Assembly: GCA_964565945.1 (NCBI GenBank)
Contig: CAZMGY010000026.1
Location: 32,654 to 64,653, forward strand
Direction of reading: 5' to 3'
Length of the DNA stretch: 32,000 nucleotides
From: an uncultured bacterium
Lineage (GTDB): Bacteria > GCA-001730085
Shown: positions 17,579 to 27,475 of the stretch, piece after piece
Layout of the letters: every line of letters starts with the position of its first letter
How positions within the stretch are numbered: position 1 is the first letter of the stretch
Program-made: the position numbers and the translations under genes
Notes under the pieces: model-generated
Database searches by the model: none
Seen by the model: only the letters and a program-made list of their open reading frames with translations
What the model was told of the DNA's origin: nothing

Positions 17579-20500
17579 ATGCCAAAGAGAACAGACATTC
17601 AGAAAATTTTAATCATTGGATCAGGTCCTATTGTGATTGGTCAAGCCTGTGAATTTGATTATTCGGGAACTCAGGCATGTAAGGCTCTTCGCGAAGAAGG
17701 GTACGAAGTTGTTTTGGTGAACTCCAATCCAGCCACGATTATGACTGATCCTGAATTGGCTGACCACACCTATATTGAACCGATCGAAGCTTCGGTTATG
17801 TCCAAGATTATCGAAAAAGAACGTCCCGATGCTTTGCTTCCGACACTTGGTGGGCAAACAGGTCTCAATGTGGCAATGCGATTGGTGGAGTCGGGGGTTT
17901 TAGACAAATTTGATGTCAAAATGATTGGAGCGAATGCCGCTGCGATTAAAAAAGCTGAAGATCGCGAACGTTTCAAAGAAGCCATGGAAAGTATTGGTTT
18001 AGAATTAGCCAAAAGTTTTTTTGCCTACAATATGGATGATGCACGCAAAATTGCTGAGAAAATGGGCTTTCCTTGCATTATTCGCCCCAGCTATACACTT
18101 GGAGGCCGTGGCGGAGGGATTGCAACCTCAATGGAAGAATTTGAAAAAATAGCCGCCTTAGGTTTAGAAAGTAGCCGTATTCAGAAAATATCGATCGAAG
18201 AATCCATTTTAGGTTGGAAAGAATACGAGCTTGAGGTCATGCGTGACACTAAGGACAATGTTGTGATCGTTTGTTCAATCGAAAACTTGGATCCGATGGG
18301 GGTTCACACGGGCGATAGCATTACCGTAGCACCAGTGCAAACTTTAACTGATGTTGAGTATCAAGAGATGCGCAATGCAGCCATTGCTATCATTCGTGAA
18401 ATTGGGGTTGAAACAGGGGGTTCCAATGTTCAGTTTGCCCTTAATCCTAAAGATGGTCGTTTGATTGTGATAGAGATGAACCCGCGTGTGTCACGTTCTT
18501 CGGCATTAGCCAGTAAAGCGACAGGTTTTCCGATTGCTAAAATTGCGGCCAAATTGGCCGTTGGTTATACCTTGGATGAACTTCAAAACGATATCACTCG
18601 CAAAACTCCTGCGTGTTTTGAACCGACCATTGATTATTGCGTGATCAAAATTCCTCGGTTCACTTTTGAAAAATTTCCCGAAGCAGGTGATGCCTTGGGG
18701 ATTTCGATGAAGTCGGTAGGAGAAACTATGGCAATTGGGCGAACTTTTAAGGAGTCTTTGCAAAAAGGTTTGCGTGGTTTAGAGATTGGGCACTATGGTT
18801 TGGATAATAAGTTGGACTTTCGTGAGATTGATCTGGAGAAGTTGATGGATCGTTTAACCGTGCCGAATGCTTCCCGTATTTTCTATTTAAAGTATGCTTT
18901 CCAAGGAGGGATGACGGTTGAGGACTTGGCTGAGCATACCAAAATTGATCCTTGGTTTTTGCATAACATCAAGCAAATTGTTGACTTGGAAAATCTTATC
19001 GTGCAAGAGTATCAAGGTTCAGAGACATTAAGTCGAGCGACTTTGCAAAAAGCTAAAGAGTATGGATTTGGCAATTATCAGCTGTCATTGTTGTTGGACG
19101 TTTCGGAAAATGAAGTGAGGCGTCTTTTTAAGGATGAGGGTGTTCAGGTCGTTTATAAGTTGGTGGATACCTGTGCTGCCGAATTTGAAGCTTACACCCC
19201 TTATTATTATTCTACGTATGAAGACGAAGATGAGGCTAAAAAGTCCGATAACAAGAAAGTGGTTATTTTAGGTGGGGGGCCTAATCGGATTGGTCAGGGA
19301 ATTGAATTTGATTATTGTTGCTGTCATGCCGCGTTTGCATTGAAAGATTTGGGTTACGAGTCAATTATGGTGAATTCGAATCCCGAGACAGTGTCGACGG
19401 ATTATGATACATCTGACCGATTGTACTTTGAGCCACTCACCTTTGAAGATGTCATGAACATTATGAACGTAGAAAAGCCAGATGGTGTGATTATTCAGTT
19501 TGGTGGGCAAACACCACTCAACTTGGCACGTCAGCTGGAAGATGCTGGTGTTCCTATTATTGGAACTAAAGTTGCCTCGATTGAAGTAGCTGAATGTCGC
19601 GAACAGTTTGCCGCTATGATGGATAAGTTGGGGATTCGCCAGCCGAAAAATGGGATTGCGTATTCCCTAAATGAAGCGTTCAAACAAGCGCAAGAGATTG
19701 GATTTCCATTGTTGGTTCGTCCGTCTTATGTGTTAGGTGGGCGCGCAATGAGAATTCTTTATTCCAAAGATGAGTTAAAAGATTTTTTTGACGAAGCCAA
19801 ACAAGCCTCCAAAGAGGGGTCTGTGCTGATTGATCAGTTCTTAGAGTCGGCCATCGAGGTGGATGTGGACGCTTTGAGCGATGGGGAGGATTGTTTTGTG
19901 GTTGGCATTATGGAGCATATTGAGGGGGCTGGGATTCATTCTGGTGATTCGGCCTGTGTATTACCTAGCCAAACTTTGAGCACAGAAATTTTAGAAGAGA
20001 TTGAGGTGTCCACCAAGAATATAGCTAAAAAGCTTAATGTGATTGGTTTGCTTAATATTCAATTTGCGGTACGCAACAAGCAGCTCTATATTATCGAAGT
20101 AAATCCCCGCGCTTCGCGAACTGTGCCTTTTGTGAGCAAAATGACAGGCAATCCTTTGGCTAAAAAAGCCATTAAGCTTATGCTTGGAGCTAAACTGAAG
20201 GACTTAACTTTGCACCCCGCGATCCCTAACGGATATGTGGGCATTAAAGAATCTGTGTTGCCATTTTCCCGTTTCTCTGGGGTTGATATTGTGTTGGGAC
20301 CAGAGATGAAATCGACTGGAGAAGTGATGGGAATTGCGGCTACTTATGGAGAAGCCTTTGCCAAAGCTCAAATGGCGGCTGGACAATACTTGCCCAAAAA
20401 AGGTTTTGTCTTTGTGAGTGTGAATGATCACGACAAAGAGGGGATTATTCCGGTGGCGCAGAAGCTAGAGGATTTAGGTTTTCAAATATTATCAACGCCA

Positions 20501-20800
20501 GGGACAGCTCGTGTGATTAAGCAAGCGGGTGTTAAGGTTCGTGAGATTTCTTCGATCACGCCTGACAAAGAGGATTTGTTGGATATGATTGAAAAAGGTA
20601 AAATTCGCTTAGTTATCAATACCCCCTCGGGGCAGAAAAGCCAGACGGATATGAAAAAAATTCGAGCCAGTGCGGTGATGCATGATATTCCTTCGATCAC
20701 AACCATTCAAGGCGCGTGCGCCGCGATTAAGGCAATCGAACATATCAAGCAAAATGATATCTGCGTTAAGACTATCCAGGAGTACCATTCCGTTTTGTAG
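17579..20800 (+). CDS. carB: Carbamoyl-phosphate synthase large subunit
   Basis: The product is 1073 aa with duplicated ATP-grasp halves. These are [21 protein letters not shown] and [21 protein letters not shown], with [19 protein letters not shown] and [21 protein letters not shown]-terminal MGS-like domain is present. GAGGAAG lies 8 nt upstream of the ATG. Confidence 0.96.
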   Translation: MPKRTDIQKILIIGSGPIVIGQACEFDYSGTQACKALREEGYEVVLVNSNPATIMTDPELADHTYIEPIEASVMSKIIEKERPDALLPTLGGQTGLNVAMRLVESGVLDKFDVKMIGANAAAIKKAEDRERFKEAMESIGLELAKSFFAYNMDDARKIAEKMGFPCIIRPSYTLGGRGGGIATSMEEFEKIAALGLESSRIQKISIEESILGWKEYELEVMRDTKDNVVIVCSIENLDPMGVHTGDSITVAPVQTLTDVEYQEMRNAAIAIIREIGVETGGSNVQFALNPKDGRLIVIEMNPRVSRSSALASKATGFPIAKIAAKLAVGYTLDELQNDITRKTPACFEPTIDYCVIKIPRFTFEKFPEAGDALGISMKSVGETMAIGRTFKESLQKGLRGLEIGHYGLDNKLDFREIDLEKLMDRLTVPNASRIFYLKYAFQGGMTVEDLAEHTKIDPWFLHNIKQIVDLENLIVQEYQGSETLSRATLQKAKEYGFGNYQLSLLLDVSENEVRRLFKDEGVQVVYKLVDTCAAEFEAYTPYYYSTYEDEDEAKKSDNKKVVILGGGPNRIGQGIEFDYCCCHAAFALKDLGYESIMVNSNPETVSTDYDTSDRLYFEPLTFEDVMNIMNVEKPDGVIIQFGGQTPLNLARQLEDAGVPIIGTKVASIEVAECREQFAAMMDKLGIRQPKNGIAYSLNEAFKQAQEIGFPLLVRPSYVLGGRAMRILYSKDELKDFFDEAKQASKEGSVLIDQFLESAIEVDVDALSDGEDCFVVGIMEHIEGAGIHSGDSACVLPSQTLSTEILEEIEVSTKNIAKKLNVIGLLNIQFAVRNKQLYIIEVNPRASRTVPFVSKMTGNPLAKKAIKLMLGAKLKDLTLHPAIPNGYVGIKESVLPFSRFSGVDIVLGPEMKSTGEVMGIAATYGEAFAKAQMAAGQYLPKKGFVFVSVNDHDKEGIIPVAQKLEDLGFQILSTPGTARVIKQAGVKVREISSITPDKEDLLDMIEKGKIRLVINTPSGQKSQTDMKKIRASAVMHDIPSITTIQGACAAIKAIEHIKQNDICVKTIQEYHSVL

Positions 20801-20881
20801 CATTCTTCATTAGAAGATCTTTACTCTTTTAACAAAATCAGGTACTATGTGGTTCGCTTTAAAACAGTGGGGTGTGTGTGA

Positions 20882-21892
20882 ATGATTGAAGTTTCTCATG
20901 TCAGCAAAGAGTTTAACGGTGTAACGGTCATTGACAACATTGATTTTGTGGTTGATTCCAGGCAAATGGTTGGTTTTTTGGGTACTAATGGCGCTGGCAA
21001 AACAACCACTATGCGCATGATTGTGGGGTACCTTAAGCCGAGTCAGGGGACAATGCGGGTTGCTGGGCATGATGTTGTCGAAGAACCTTTGGAGGTCAAG
21101 AAGAATATTGGCTATTTGGCCGAACACAATCCTTTGTACACCGAATTGCGCGTACATGAATATCTTAAGTTTCGTGCCGAATTAAAAGGCGTTTCCAAGT
21201 CCAACATTCGCGCGCGTGTGGCAGATGTGCTAGATAAGTGCTGGATTAACGATGTGGAGCATCGTATTATTGGACAGTTGTCCAAGGGGTATCGTCAGCG
21301 TGTTGGTTTAGCCGACGCTCTGATTCATAATCCTGATGTCCTTATCTTGGATGAGCCCACCAGTGGTCTGGATCCTTACCAGATTATTAAAACGCGTGAA
21401 TTGATTAAATCGCTTGCTGATGAGCACACCATTTTGTTTTCGTCTCATATTTTGCCAGAGGTCGAAATGTTGTGCGACACTATTATGATTATCAAGAACG
21501 GTCAAATTGTGGCCCAAGGAACTGCTGAGGAACTCAAACAGTCGGCTCGGACGCATCCTCAAGTTAATTTGGTTATTGAGGGGTCTGTCGCAGACGATAT
21601 GAAGAATTTGCTAAGTCAGATAAAAGATGTGATTCAAGTGATCCATCGCGGAGCTCACGCGCAGGGGGAGCGATTTGAGTTGGTTCTTGAGGATGGCAGT
21701 GATGTGCAAAAAGATATTTTTCAGTTGGTCAGTGAACAATCCTGGACGATTGTTCAGATGAGTTCTGGCGAAACGCGTTTGGAAGATCTGTTTGTACAAA
21801 TCACGATGAACGAAACTACGATGGATGTTCTCAATAATTCACCAGAAAATCTCCCAAAAAATTTCGAAGATAGTGAGGACGATGCATCATGA
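20882..21892 (+). CDS. ABC transporter ATP-binding protein (ABC-2/GldA-like subfamily) with acidic C-terminal tail
   Basis: Motifs present are Walker A GTNGAGKTT, the Q-loop, the signature LSKGYRQRVGLA, Walker B ILILDEPTSGLD and the H-loop SSHIL. The C-terminal ~110 aa is non-conserved and ends EDSEDDAS. Confidence 0.9.
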   Translation: MIEVSHVSKEFNGVTVIDNIDFVVDSRQMVGFLGTNGAGKTTTMRMIVGYLKPSQGTMRVAGHDVVEEPLEVKKNIGYLAEHNPLYTELRVHEYLKFRAELKGVSKSNIRARVADVLDKCWINDVEHRIIGQLSKGYRQRVGLADALIHNPDVLILDEPTSGLDPYQIIKTRELIKSLADEHTILFSSHILPEVEMLCDTIMIIKNGQIVAQGTAEELKQSARTHPQVNLVIEGSVADDMKNLLSQIKDVIQVIHRGAHAQGERFELVLEDGSDVQKDIFQLVSEQSWTIVQMSSGETRLEDLFVQITMNETTMDVLNNSPENLPKNFEDSEDDAS

Positions 21893-24000
21893 TGGCTTTG
21901 TTCAAAAAAGAATTGCGGACACTGTTTTGTTCCCCTCTTGCCTATGCGGTTGCCGCGGCTTTTGCCACTATGAACGGTTATGTTTTTTGGATGCTTTTGA
22001 ACTTATTGGCTCAACCGATGGGGCAGGTGCAAGCAGAGTTACTTAACCTCTATTTTGGAGGAACTTTCTTTTTTTGGTTATCTCTAACAGCTATGGTGCC
22101 TTTAATCACCATGCGCCTTATCAGTGAGGAGAAACATAGCGGTTCTATTGAGTTGCTCATTACGGTGCCTATCACCGATACACAGATTGTGATGGCTAAG
22201 TTTTGGAGTGTCTTGATATTTTATCTTTTCTTGTGGGCTCCAAGCTTTATTTACACATTGGTTACCATGTCCTTAGGTTCTTTTGATTGGGGTATTTGGT
22301 TGTTGTGTTTAGTGGGTGTTGTGTTGGCTGGGGCGATGCTTTTGAGTTTGGGTTTAATGTGTTCGGCTTTTTTTAGCCATCAATTGTTGGCAGGAGTGAT
22401 GGCGTTTGGTTTTTTGATGGTCTATTTTTTATTTGGATTTGCTGAGATATTCGGAGCTGTTACGCCCTTAAGGACGTTTATGGAGCTCACGTGGCTTCTT
22501 TCGATTTTTGAACAGCTGGGGTCGGGTCAATTGAAATCGAAACATGTGATTTATCTCGTTTCCATGACCTGGTTACATTTGTATGTGGCGGTGCAAGCTT
22601 TGAGGAATCTTCCGATGGAGAAGCTAAAGATTAAGCGTATTTTATTAGCACTTGTGGTGATTGTTCTAATCAATTACCTGGGGTTGTTTTACAATCAATC
22701 TTATGACCTAACCCGTGATCACTTGTTTAGTTTGAGTGACAAAACACATAATGTCTTAGAAAGCTTGGATGAAGATGTGGATATAGTGGTCTTTCTGCAG
22801 CGTACCAATGTATTGTATGGCAAGGTGAAAGAATTGTTGGAGCGTTATCAGGACGAGTCTTCGCTTATTCGGGTAACCTATGTGGATCCCGTGAAAGATC
22901 TGGCACAAACCAAAATTTTATCTTCCAAATATGGCGTGGAGTTTCAGGAAGAAATGATACTTGTGCATCATAAGTATCGGACTAAGTTGGTTCCGCAACG
23001 AGATGTCGCCATTTATGATTATTCGACGGTTTACTCAGGCATGCCACCTCAGTTAAAGAGCTTTGCCGGTGAGGCGACGATTACGGGAGCGATCCTTAAC
23101 TTGCAACAAACCAATAAAAATAGAGTTTACTTTTTAACAGGTCATGGCGAGAAAAGTCTTAATGATTCAGGACCAGAAGGCTTGAGTGAATTGCATACCG
23201 TGCTTAAAAAAGATAATCTGGAAATGGCTCCTTTGCACTTGGTGGGCTTGAAAGACTTGCCCGAAGATCTCAAATGTTTGGTAATTGCGGGACCAAGCCA
23301 CCGTTTATCGGATGAAGAGTTAGCTTTTCTTAAACAATTTATCGAGGATGGAGGGCGTTTGCTCTGCATGATTGATGCCAGTATCGAGAGCAACTTGGTC
23401 GAATTTCTTAAGTCCTATGGTATCGATGTTGCCGATAATATTATTCTTGACCCTCAAAGGAAGCAGGCCAACACCACGATTTTTAATTTGTTCACATGGG
23501 AATACGAACCTCATCTCATCACCGAAAAAATGGTGAATATTTACACAGATTTTCTTTTGGCCCGCTCAGTTTCGGTAGGGAATGCCAATCACTTTCAATT
23601 GCAGGTTTTGACGCGTTCGTCGAGTGAATCCTGGGGAGAAGTCGACTATCAGGTGATACCGTATGCCTATGAGAAGGGCAAAGATCTTGCGGGACCTCTT
23701 TCGGTAGGTGTTGTGGGGGAAGATCCCCACACTAAGGCGAAACTTGTGGTTTTGGGCGATAGTGATTTTGTGTGCAATCAGTTTATCCCCGTCGGTGGTA
23801 ACAAATACTTTTTTATGAACACCTTGCATTGGTTGTTGGATCAAGATGAGTTGATTAGCATTCCTCCAAAAGATATCGTTTCGATGAGCTTGCCGTTGAC
23901 ACAGCGCCATTTGTATTGGTTCTTTATCTTGTTTGTTGTGTTTATGCCTTTGACATGGGGTGTGTTAGGGGGTATTGTGTATTTTGTGAGACGAAAGTAA
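21889..24000 (+). CDS. Fused ABC-2 type permease (GldF-like, N-terminal) and GldG-like ABC auxiliary domain (C-terminal)
   Basis: The start ATGA overlaps the ATPase stop. Residues ~1-240 are multi-pass hydrophobic segments of ABC-2 type. The rest matches my recollection of GldG/ABC_transp_aux proteins (YDLTRDHLFSLSDKT, VYFLTGHGE, LVIAGPSHRLSDEE, VVLGDSDF). A final C-terminal TM segment is present. Confidence 0.8.
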   Translation: MMALFKKELRTLFCSPLAYAVAAAFATMNGYVFWMLLNLLAQPMGQVQAELLNLYFGGTFFFWLSLTAMVPLITMRLISEEKHSGSIELLITVPITDTQIVMAKFWSVLIFYLFLWAPSFIYTLVTMSLGSFDWGIWLLCLVGVVLAGAMLLSLGLMCSAFFSHQLLAGVMAFGFLMVYFLFGFAEIFGAVTPLRTFMELTWLLSIFEQLGSGQLKSKHVIYLVSMTWLHLYVAVQALRNLPMEKLKIKRILLALVVIVLINYLGLFYNQSYDLTRDHLFSLSDKTHNVLESLDEDVDIVVFLQRTNVLYGKVKELLERYQDESSLIRVTYVDPVKDLAQTKILSSKYGVEFQEEMILVHHKYRTKLVPQRDVAIYDYSTVYSGMPPQLKSFAGEATITGAILNLQQTNKNRVYFLTGHGEKSLNDSGPEGLSELHTVLKKDNLEMAPLHLVGLKDLPEDLKCLVIAGPSHRLSDEELAFLKQFIEDGGRLLCMIDASIESNLVEFLKSYGIDVADNIILDPQRKQANTTIFNLFTWEYEPHLITEKMVNIYTDFLLARSVSVGNANHFQLQVLTRSSSESWGEVDYQVIPYAYEKGKDLAGPLSVGVVGEDPHTKAKLVVLGDSDFVCNQFIPVGGNKYFFMNTLHWLLDQDELISIPPKDIVSMSLPLTQRHLYWFFILFVVFMPLTWGVLGGIVYFVRRK

Positions 24001-25338
24001 GTGATTAAACAAATATCCTCCCAGAAGCTTTTGCTCGTTTGTATTGGAGTGCTTGCAGTATGGGTTGGATTGGTTCATCAAACATCGTCCCGCCGTGTGA
24101 CCGATCTTCCTAATCAAATTCTTAAGATTAATTCCGATAATATCCTGCGCTTCGAAATCGATGCTTTTGCAGGAAAGTATGTTGTGGCCAGGGAACCTGG
24201 GCAAGACTGGGCTTTGGTTGCCCCCTATAAGGCTGTGATTGAACAAAAGTTTTTCAACGTTTTGGCGCTTGTATTTAACCCTCTAGTGGTTGAGCGGATC
24301 GTGGAAGATGAGCCCAGTGCTAAGGATTTAAAAACCTATGGCTTAGACCAAGCTCTATTGTCGATGGACATTGTGACTCAGAGTGATCGCTGGACCATGT
24401 TGGTCGGGAGATTGGCGCTCACAGGCGATGTCTATTATGTCAAATTTAAGCATTTGCCTCAGATTTTTCTGGTATCCCTAAACGTGGTCTTAGATATCTT
24501 TCGTGAGGCGCCTCGCTTGCAGATAACTAAGCTTTTCCCTAAGGAGATGGAGGGCGTGGAGTTGCTGCGTTGGGTGAATGAGGATCACGAAATTTTTGAA
24601 ATCGAGAAGGCCGAAGAAGGGTGGTGCCTTAAGCAACCCTTTGATTATGCTCTTGATGTCGACAAAATTCAGCAGTTGCTCACCGATTTGGGGCACCTTG
24701 AATTTAGACCCGAATTGTTTGAAACGGATGTGGATTTTTCATCACCGCATCTGAGAATCGAATTTAAAATAGAAGGGGAGACGACTCTTAAGACCATTGT
24801 GTTGGCTAAACTTGAGCCGCAACATGAAGCTTATCCGATTCGGGTGCCTACTTCCGATAAAGTTCACTTGTTTAGCCAGTCTTTTGTAGAGGAATTTCTT
24901 TTTGATCCCTATCCGTTGATGAGTACACAGGTCTATCCTTTTATTAATGGTGATATCGAGCACTTAGAGGTGCGATCCTTAGGAGAACTTCGTTGGAAGG
25001 CCCAGCAAAATAAAGAATTTTTTTGGGAGCTATGGCAGGACGAGGAAGTACGATTTTTTCCGAACCATAGGTTTTATTTGTTTCTAACCATACTGGAAAA
25101 TGATATGGCTGTGCGCCATGTTAGGCGGGAGGAGGAACTTTTCGAAGGGGAACCAACCTTACAAATCAAAGTGACTCTACGCAATCAGCACGAATATGTT
25201 TATACCTATTATCACCGCCATCAGCAATGGTTTTTGCGTTTGAACGGCGACATTTTGGAAATGAACAATAATGGCTTTGAACATTCGTTAGCAACTTTAG
25301 ATGATCTAAAAGGGAGCGATCCTAATGCTCCATCCTGA
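24001..25338 (+). CDS. DUF4340-like membrane-anchored protein (usual partner of GldG-type ABC systems)
   Basis: The GTG start comes directly after the preceding TAA. An N-terminal TM anchor (LLLVCIGVLAVWVGLV) is present. The segment WALVAPYKAVIEQKFFNVLALVFNPLVVERIV..DLKTYGLD resembles the DUF4340 pattern as I recall it. The assignment is by pattern and gene context only. Confidence 0.6.
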   Translation: MIKQISSQKLLLVCIGVLAVWVGLVHQTSSRRVTDLPNQILKINSDNILRFEIDAFAGKYVVAREPGQDWALVAPYKAVIEQKFFNVLALVFNPLVVERIVEDEPSAKDLKTYGLDQALLSMDIVTQSDRWTMLVGRLALTGDVYYVKFKHLPQIFLVSLNVVLDIFREAPRLQITKLFPKEMEGVELLRWVNEDHEIFEIEKAEEGWCLKQPFDYALDVDKIQQLLTDLGHLEFRPELFETDVDFSSPHLRIEFKIEGETTLKTIVLAKLEPQHEAYPIRVPTSDKVHLFSQSFVEEFLFDPYPLMSTQVYPFINGDIEHLEVRSLGELRWKAQQNKEFFWELWQDEEVRFFPNHRFYLFLTILENDMAVRHVRREEELFEGEPTLQIKVTLRNQHEYVYTYYHRHQQWFLRLNGDILEMNNNGFEHSLATLDDLKGSDPNAPS

Positions 25339-26104
25339 TGCCGTATCGATTCAAATTTTTGGCGATACCGATCATGGCTGTGTGCGCGAGCAGAACGAAG
25401 ATGCCTTTTTTATTCATGGAAGCTTGCCTCTGGCCTGCGTGTGTGATGGAATGGGAGGGCACAATGGCGGAGCCGAAGCCAGTGCCATTGTGGTTGACGT
25501 ATTTAAAACATATGATATACTTGAATCGTCTTGGAAAGACGATTTTGGTTCTTATCAAACCAATGTTGCCATGTGTCAAGACGAGAATAATCTTGTTAAT
25601 TTGGCTCACTGGGCAAACGAACAGGTGCATGAACGGAGTTTTCAGGATGCTGCGCTTACTGGTATGGGCTCAACTTTGGTCGCTCTTTATGTGCGACGGA
25701 ATAAGGATGTGTGTGTGATAAATGTTGGAGATAGTCGAGCTTATTACATTCAAGATAAAATCATTCGCCAGATGACCAATGATCATTCTCTGATTGAAGA
25801 ACGAAGACAAAGTGGTCATATGAGTGAAGAATTGTTAGCCCAACAAGACATTGATCATGTGATCACAAGGGCTATTGGTTCGCAGCCGACAGTGGAGGTT
25901 GATTTTTTTAAGGAGCCTATTCACAAAGATTATTACCTTTTATGTTCCGATGGATTGACATGTATGCTATCTAACAACGAAATTCATGAATGTGTGATGG
26001 ACTCACGGGATGACGGTCATCAGGCTGTTAGGGAGTTAATACAGAGAGCTAAAGATCGCGGTGGCACAGATAATGTGACAGCAGTTCTCTTGAAAGTGCA
26101 ATAA
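25325..26104 (+). CDS. PP2C-family (PPM) serine/threonine protein phosphatase
   Basis: The diagnostic blocks are REQNEDAF, CDGMGGH, GMGSTLV, NVGDSRAY, LLCSDGL and GGTDNVT. The product is 259 aa. The ATG overlaps the upstream gene by 14 nt. Confidence 0.9.
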   Translation: MLHPDAVSIQIFGDTDHGCVREQNEDAFFIHGSLPLACVCDGMGGHNGGAEASAIVVDVFKTYDILESSWKDDFGSYQTNVAMCQDENNLVNLAHWANEQVHERSFQDAALTGMGSTLVALYVRRNKDVCVINVGDSRAYYIQDKIIRQMTNDHSLIEERRQSGHMSEELLAQQDIDHVITRAIGSQPTVEVDFFKEPIHKDYYLLCSDGLTCMLSNNEIHECVMDSRDDGHQAVRELIQRAKDRGGTDNVTAVLLKVQ

Positions 26105-26124
26105 AGTAAGGAGTCAAAAAAAAC

Positions 26125-27447
26125 ATGAATATGTCTTTGCGACGAAAATGGGTACTAATTATAGGTGTGATTCTTCTGATGGCTTGGAAAATTACCCCTA
26201 TTGAAAAAGCTGTAAATCTTGGTCTGGACTTGCAAGGAGGTAGTTATCTCACTCTTGAGGTTGATGATTCCAAATTAAGCGAAGAAGAAAAGCGGGACAT
26301 TGTTGATGTTGCCCTCGAGATTATTCGCAATCGTATTGACGAATTTGGTGTTTCGGAGCCCGTAATTCAAAAAGGAAGTGGCAAACGAATTATTGTTCAG
26401 GTTCCTGGAGTTGGAACCGAAGCAGCCAAACGTATCAAAGATATTATTATGCGTCAGGCTCATTTAGAGTTTCGTATGGTGGTTGATAAGGAGAAGAAAC
26501 GTAAGCGCGCCCTTGAAGGCACGCTGTCACCAGCTGATCAACGCGATTTTGAGCTTTTACCGATGGCCGATGGTTCGGGAGAGGCTCTTTTATTGGAAAG
26601 AACAGCCTATGTGACTGGGGATATGTTGACCGATGCTACTGTCGCCTTTGATCAAAGTGGTTTTGGTGGTGTGTCTGTGTCGTTGAACTTTAACAAAAAA
26701 GGCGCCCGTCGTTTTGAAAAATTAACTAGTGAGAATGTCAATCGTCGTTTGGCGATTGTGCTGGATAATAAAATTCAATCAGCGCCAGTGATTCAGCAAA
26801 AAATTGGTGGAGGACGTGCCCAAATCACAGGAAGCTTTAATGTGGATGAAGCCAAGGATTTGGCGATCGCCTTGCGTGCGGGTGCTTTGCCTGCGCCGAT
26901 CAACGTATTGCAAGAAAGCACTGTTGGGCCATCGTTAGGAGCGGATTCGATTCGCAAAGGTGTCAAATCAGCTTTGTGGGGCTTTTTATTGGTGATTGTG
27001 TTTATGCTCATCTACTATCAAGTGGCTGGCCTGATTGCCAATGTGGCTTTATGTTTGAACCTTTTGTTGGTGGTCGGTGCGTTGTCTTTTTTTGATGCGA
27101 CTCTAACGCTACCGGGTATTGCGGGTATTATTTTGACGATTGGTATGGCGGTGGATGCCAATGTTTTGATTTTCGAGCGCATTCGCGAGGAGCTACGTCA
27201 ATCGAAAACAATCAAAGCTGCACTTAATTTTGGTTTCGATAAAGCCTTTGTAACAATCATGGATGCCAATCTAACGACCTTGATCACAGCTTTAATCCTA
27301 TTTAAATTTGGAACAGGTCCCATTCGTGGTTTTGCGGTGACACTCTCGGTGGGAATCTTGTCGAGTATGTTTACATCCCTGTTTGTGTCGCGGGCTATTT
27401 TCGAATTGGTGTATCGTAAAAAAAGTATTAAAACTTTAAGCATTTAA
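26125..27447 (+). CDS. secD: Protein translocase subunit SecD (short 440-aa form)
   Basis: AAGGAG lies upstream of the ATG. An N-terminal TM segment is followed by LGLDLQGGSYL. The periplasmic domain contains LAIVLDNKIQSAPVI. The C-terminal six-TM bundle carries LTLPGIAGIILTIGMAVDANVLIFERIREE. Confidence 0.92.
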   Translation: MNMSLRRKWVLIIGVILLMAWKITPIEKAVNLGLDLQGGSYLTLEVDDSKLSEEEKRDIVDVALEIIRNRIDEFGVSEPVIQKGSGKRIIVQVPGVGTEAAKRIKDIIMRQAHLEFRMVVDKEKKRKRALEGTLSPADQRDFELLPMADGSGEALLLERTAYVTGDMLTDATVAFDQSGFGGVSVSLNFNKKGARRFEKLTSENVNRRLAIVLDNKIQSAPVIQQKIGGGRAQITGSFNVDEAKDLAIALRAGALPAPINVLQESTVGPSLGADSIRKGVKSALWGFLLVIVFMLIYYQVAGLIANVALCLNLLLVVGALSFFDATLTLPGIAGIILTIGMAVDANVLIFERIREELRQSKTIKAALNFGFDKAFVTIMDANLTTLITALILFKFGTGPIRGFAVTLSVGILSSMFTSLFVSRAIFELVYRKKSIKTLSI

Positions 27448-27475
27448 TGATTGATCAGGGATTGGAGATTTGGGT

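Noticed and set aside
20803-20835. A possible weak terminator after carB (tcttc-atta-gaaga followed by T-rich sequence).
   Set aside because: The stem is only 5 bp, the trailing tract is interrupted, and I found no convincing promoter before the ABC ATPase gene. The evidence is insufficient to call it.
27470-27475. A TTG start at 27470 is listed for secF.
   Set aside because: The ATG two codons downstream (27476) has better spacing to GGAG (27464-27467). The difference is only 2 aa and cannot be resolved by eye.
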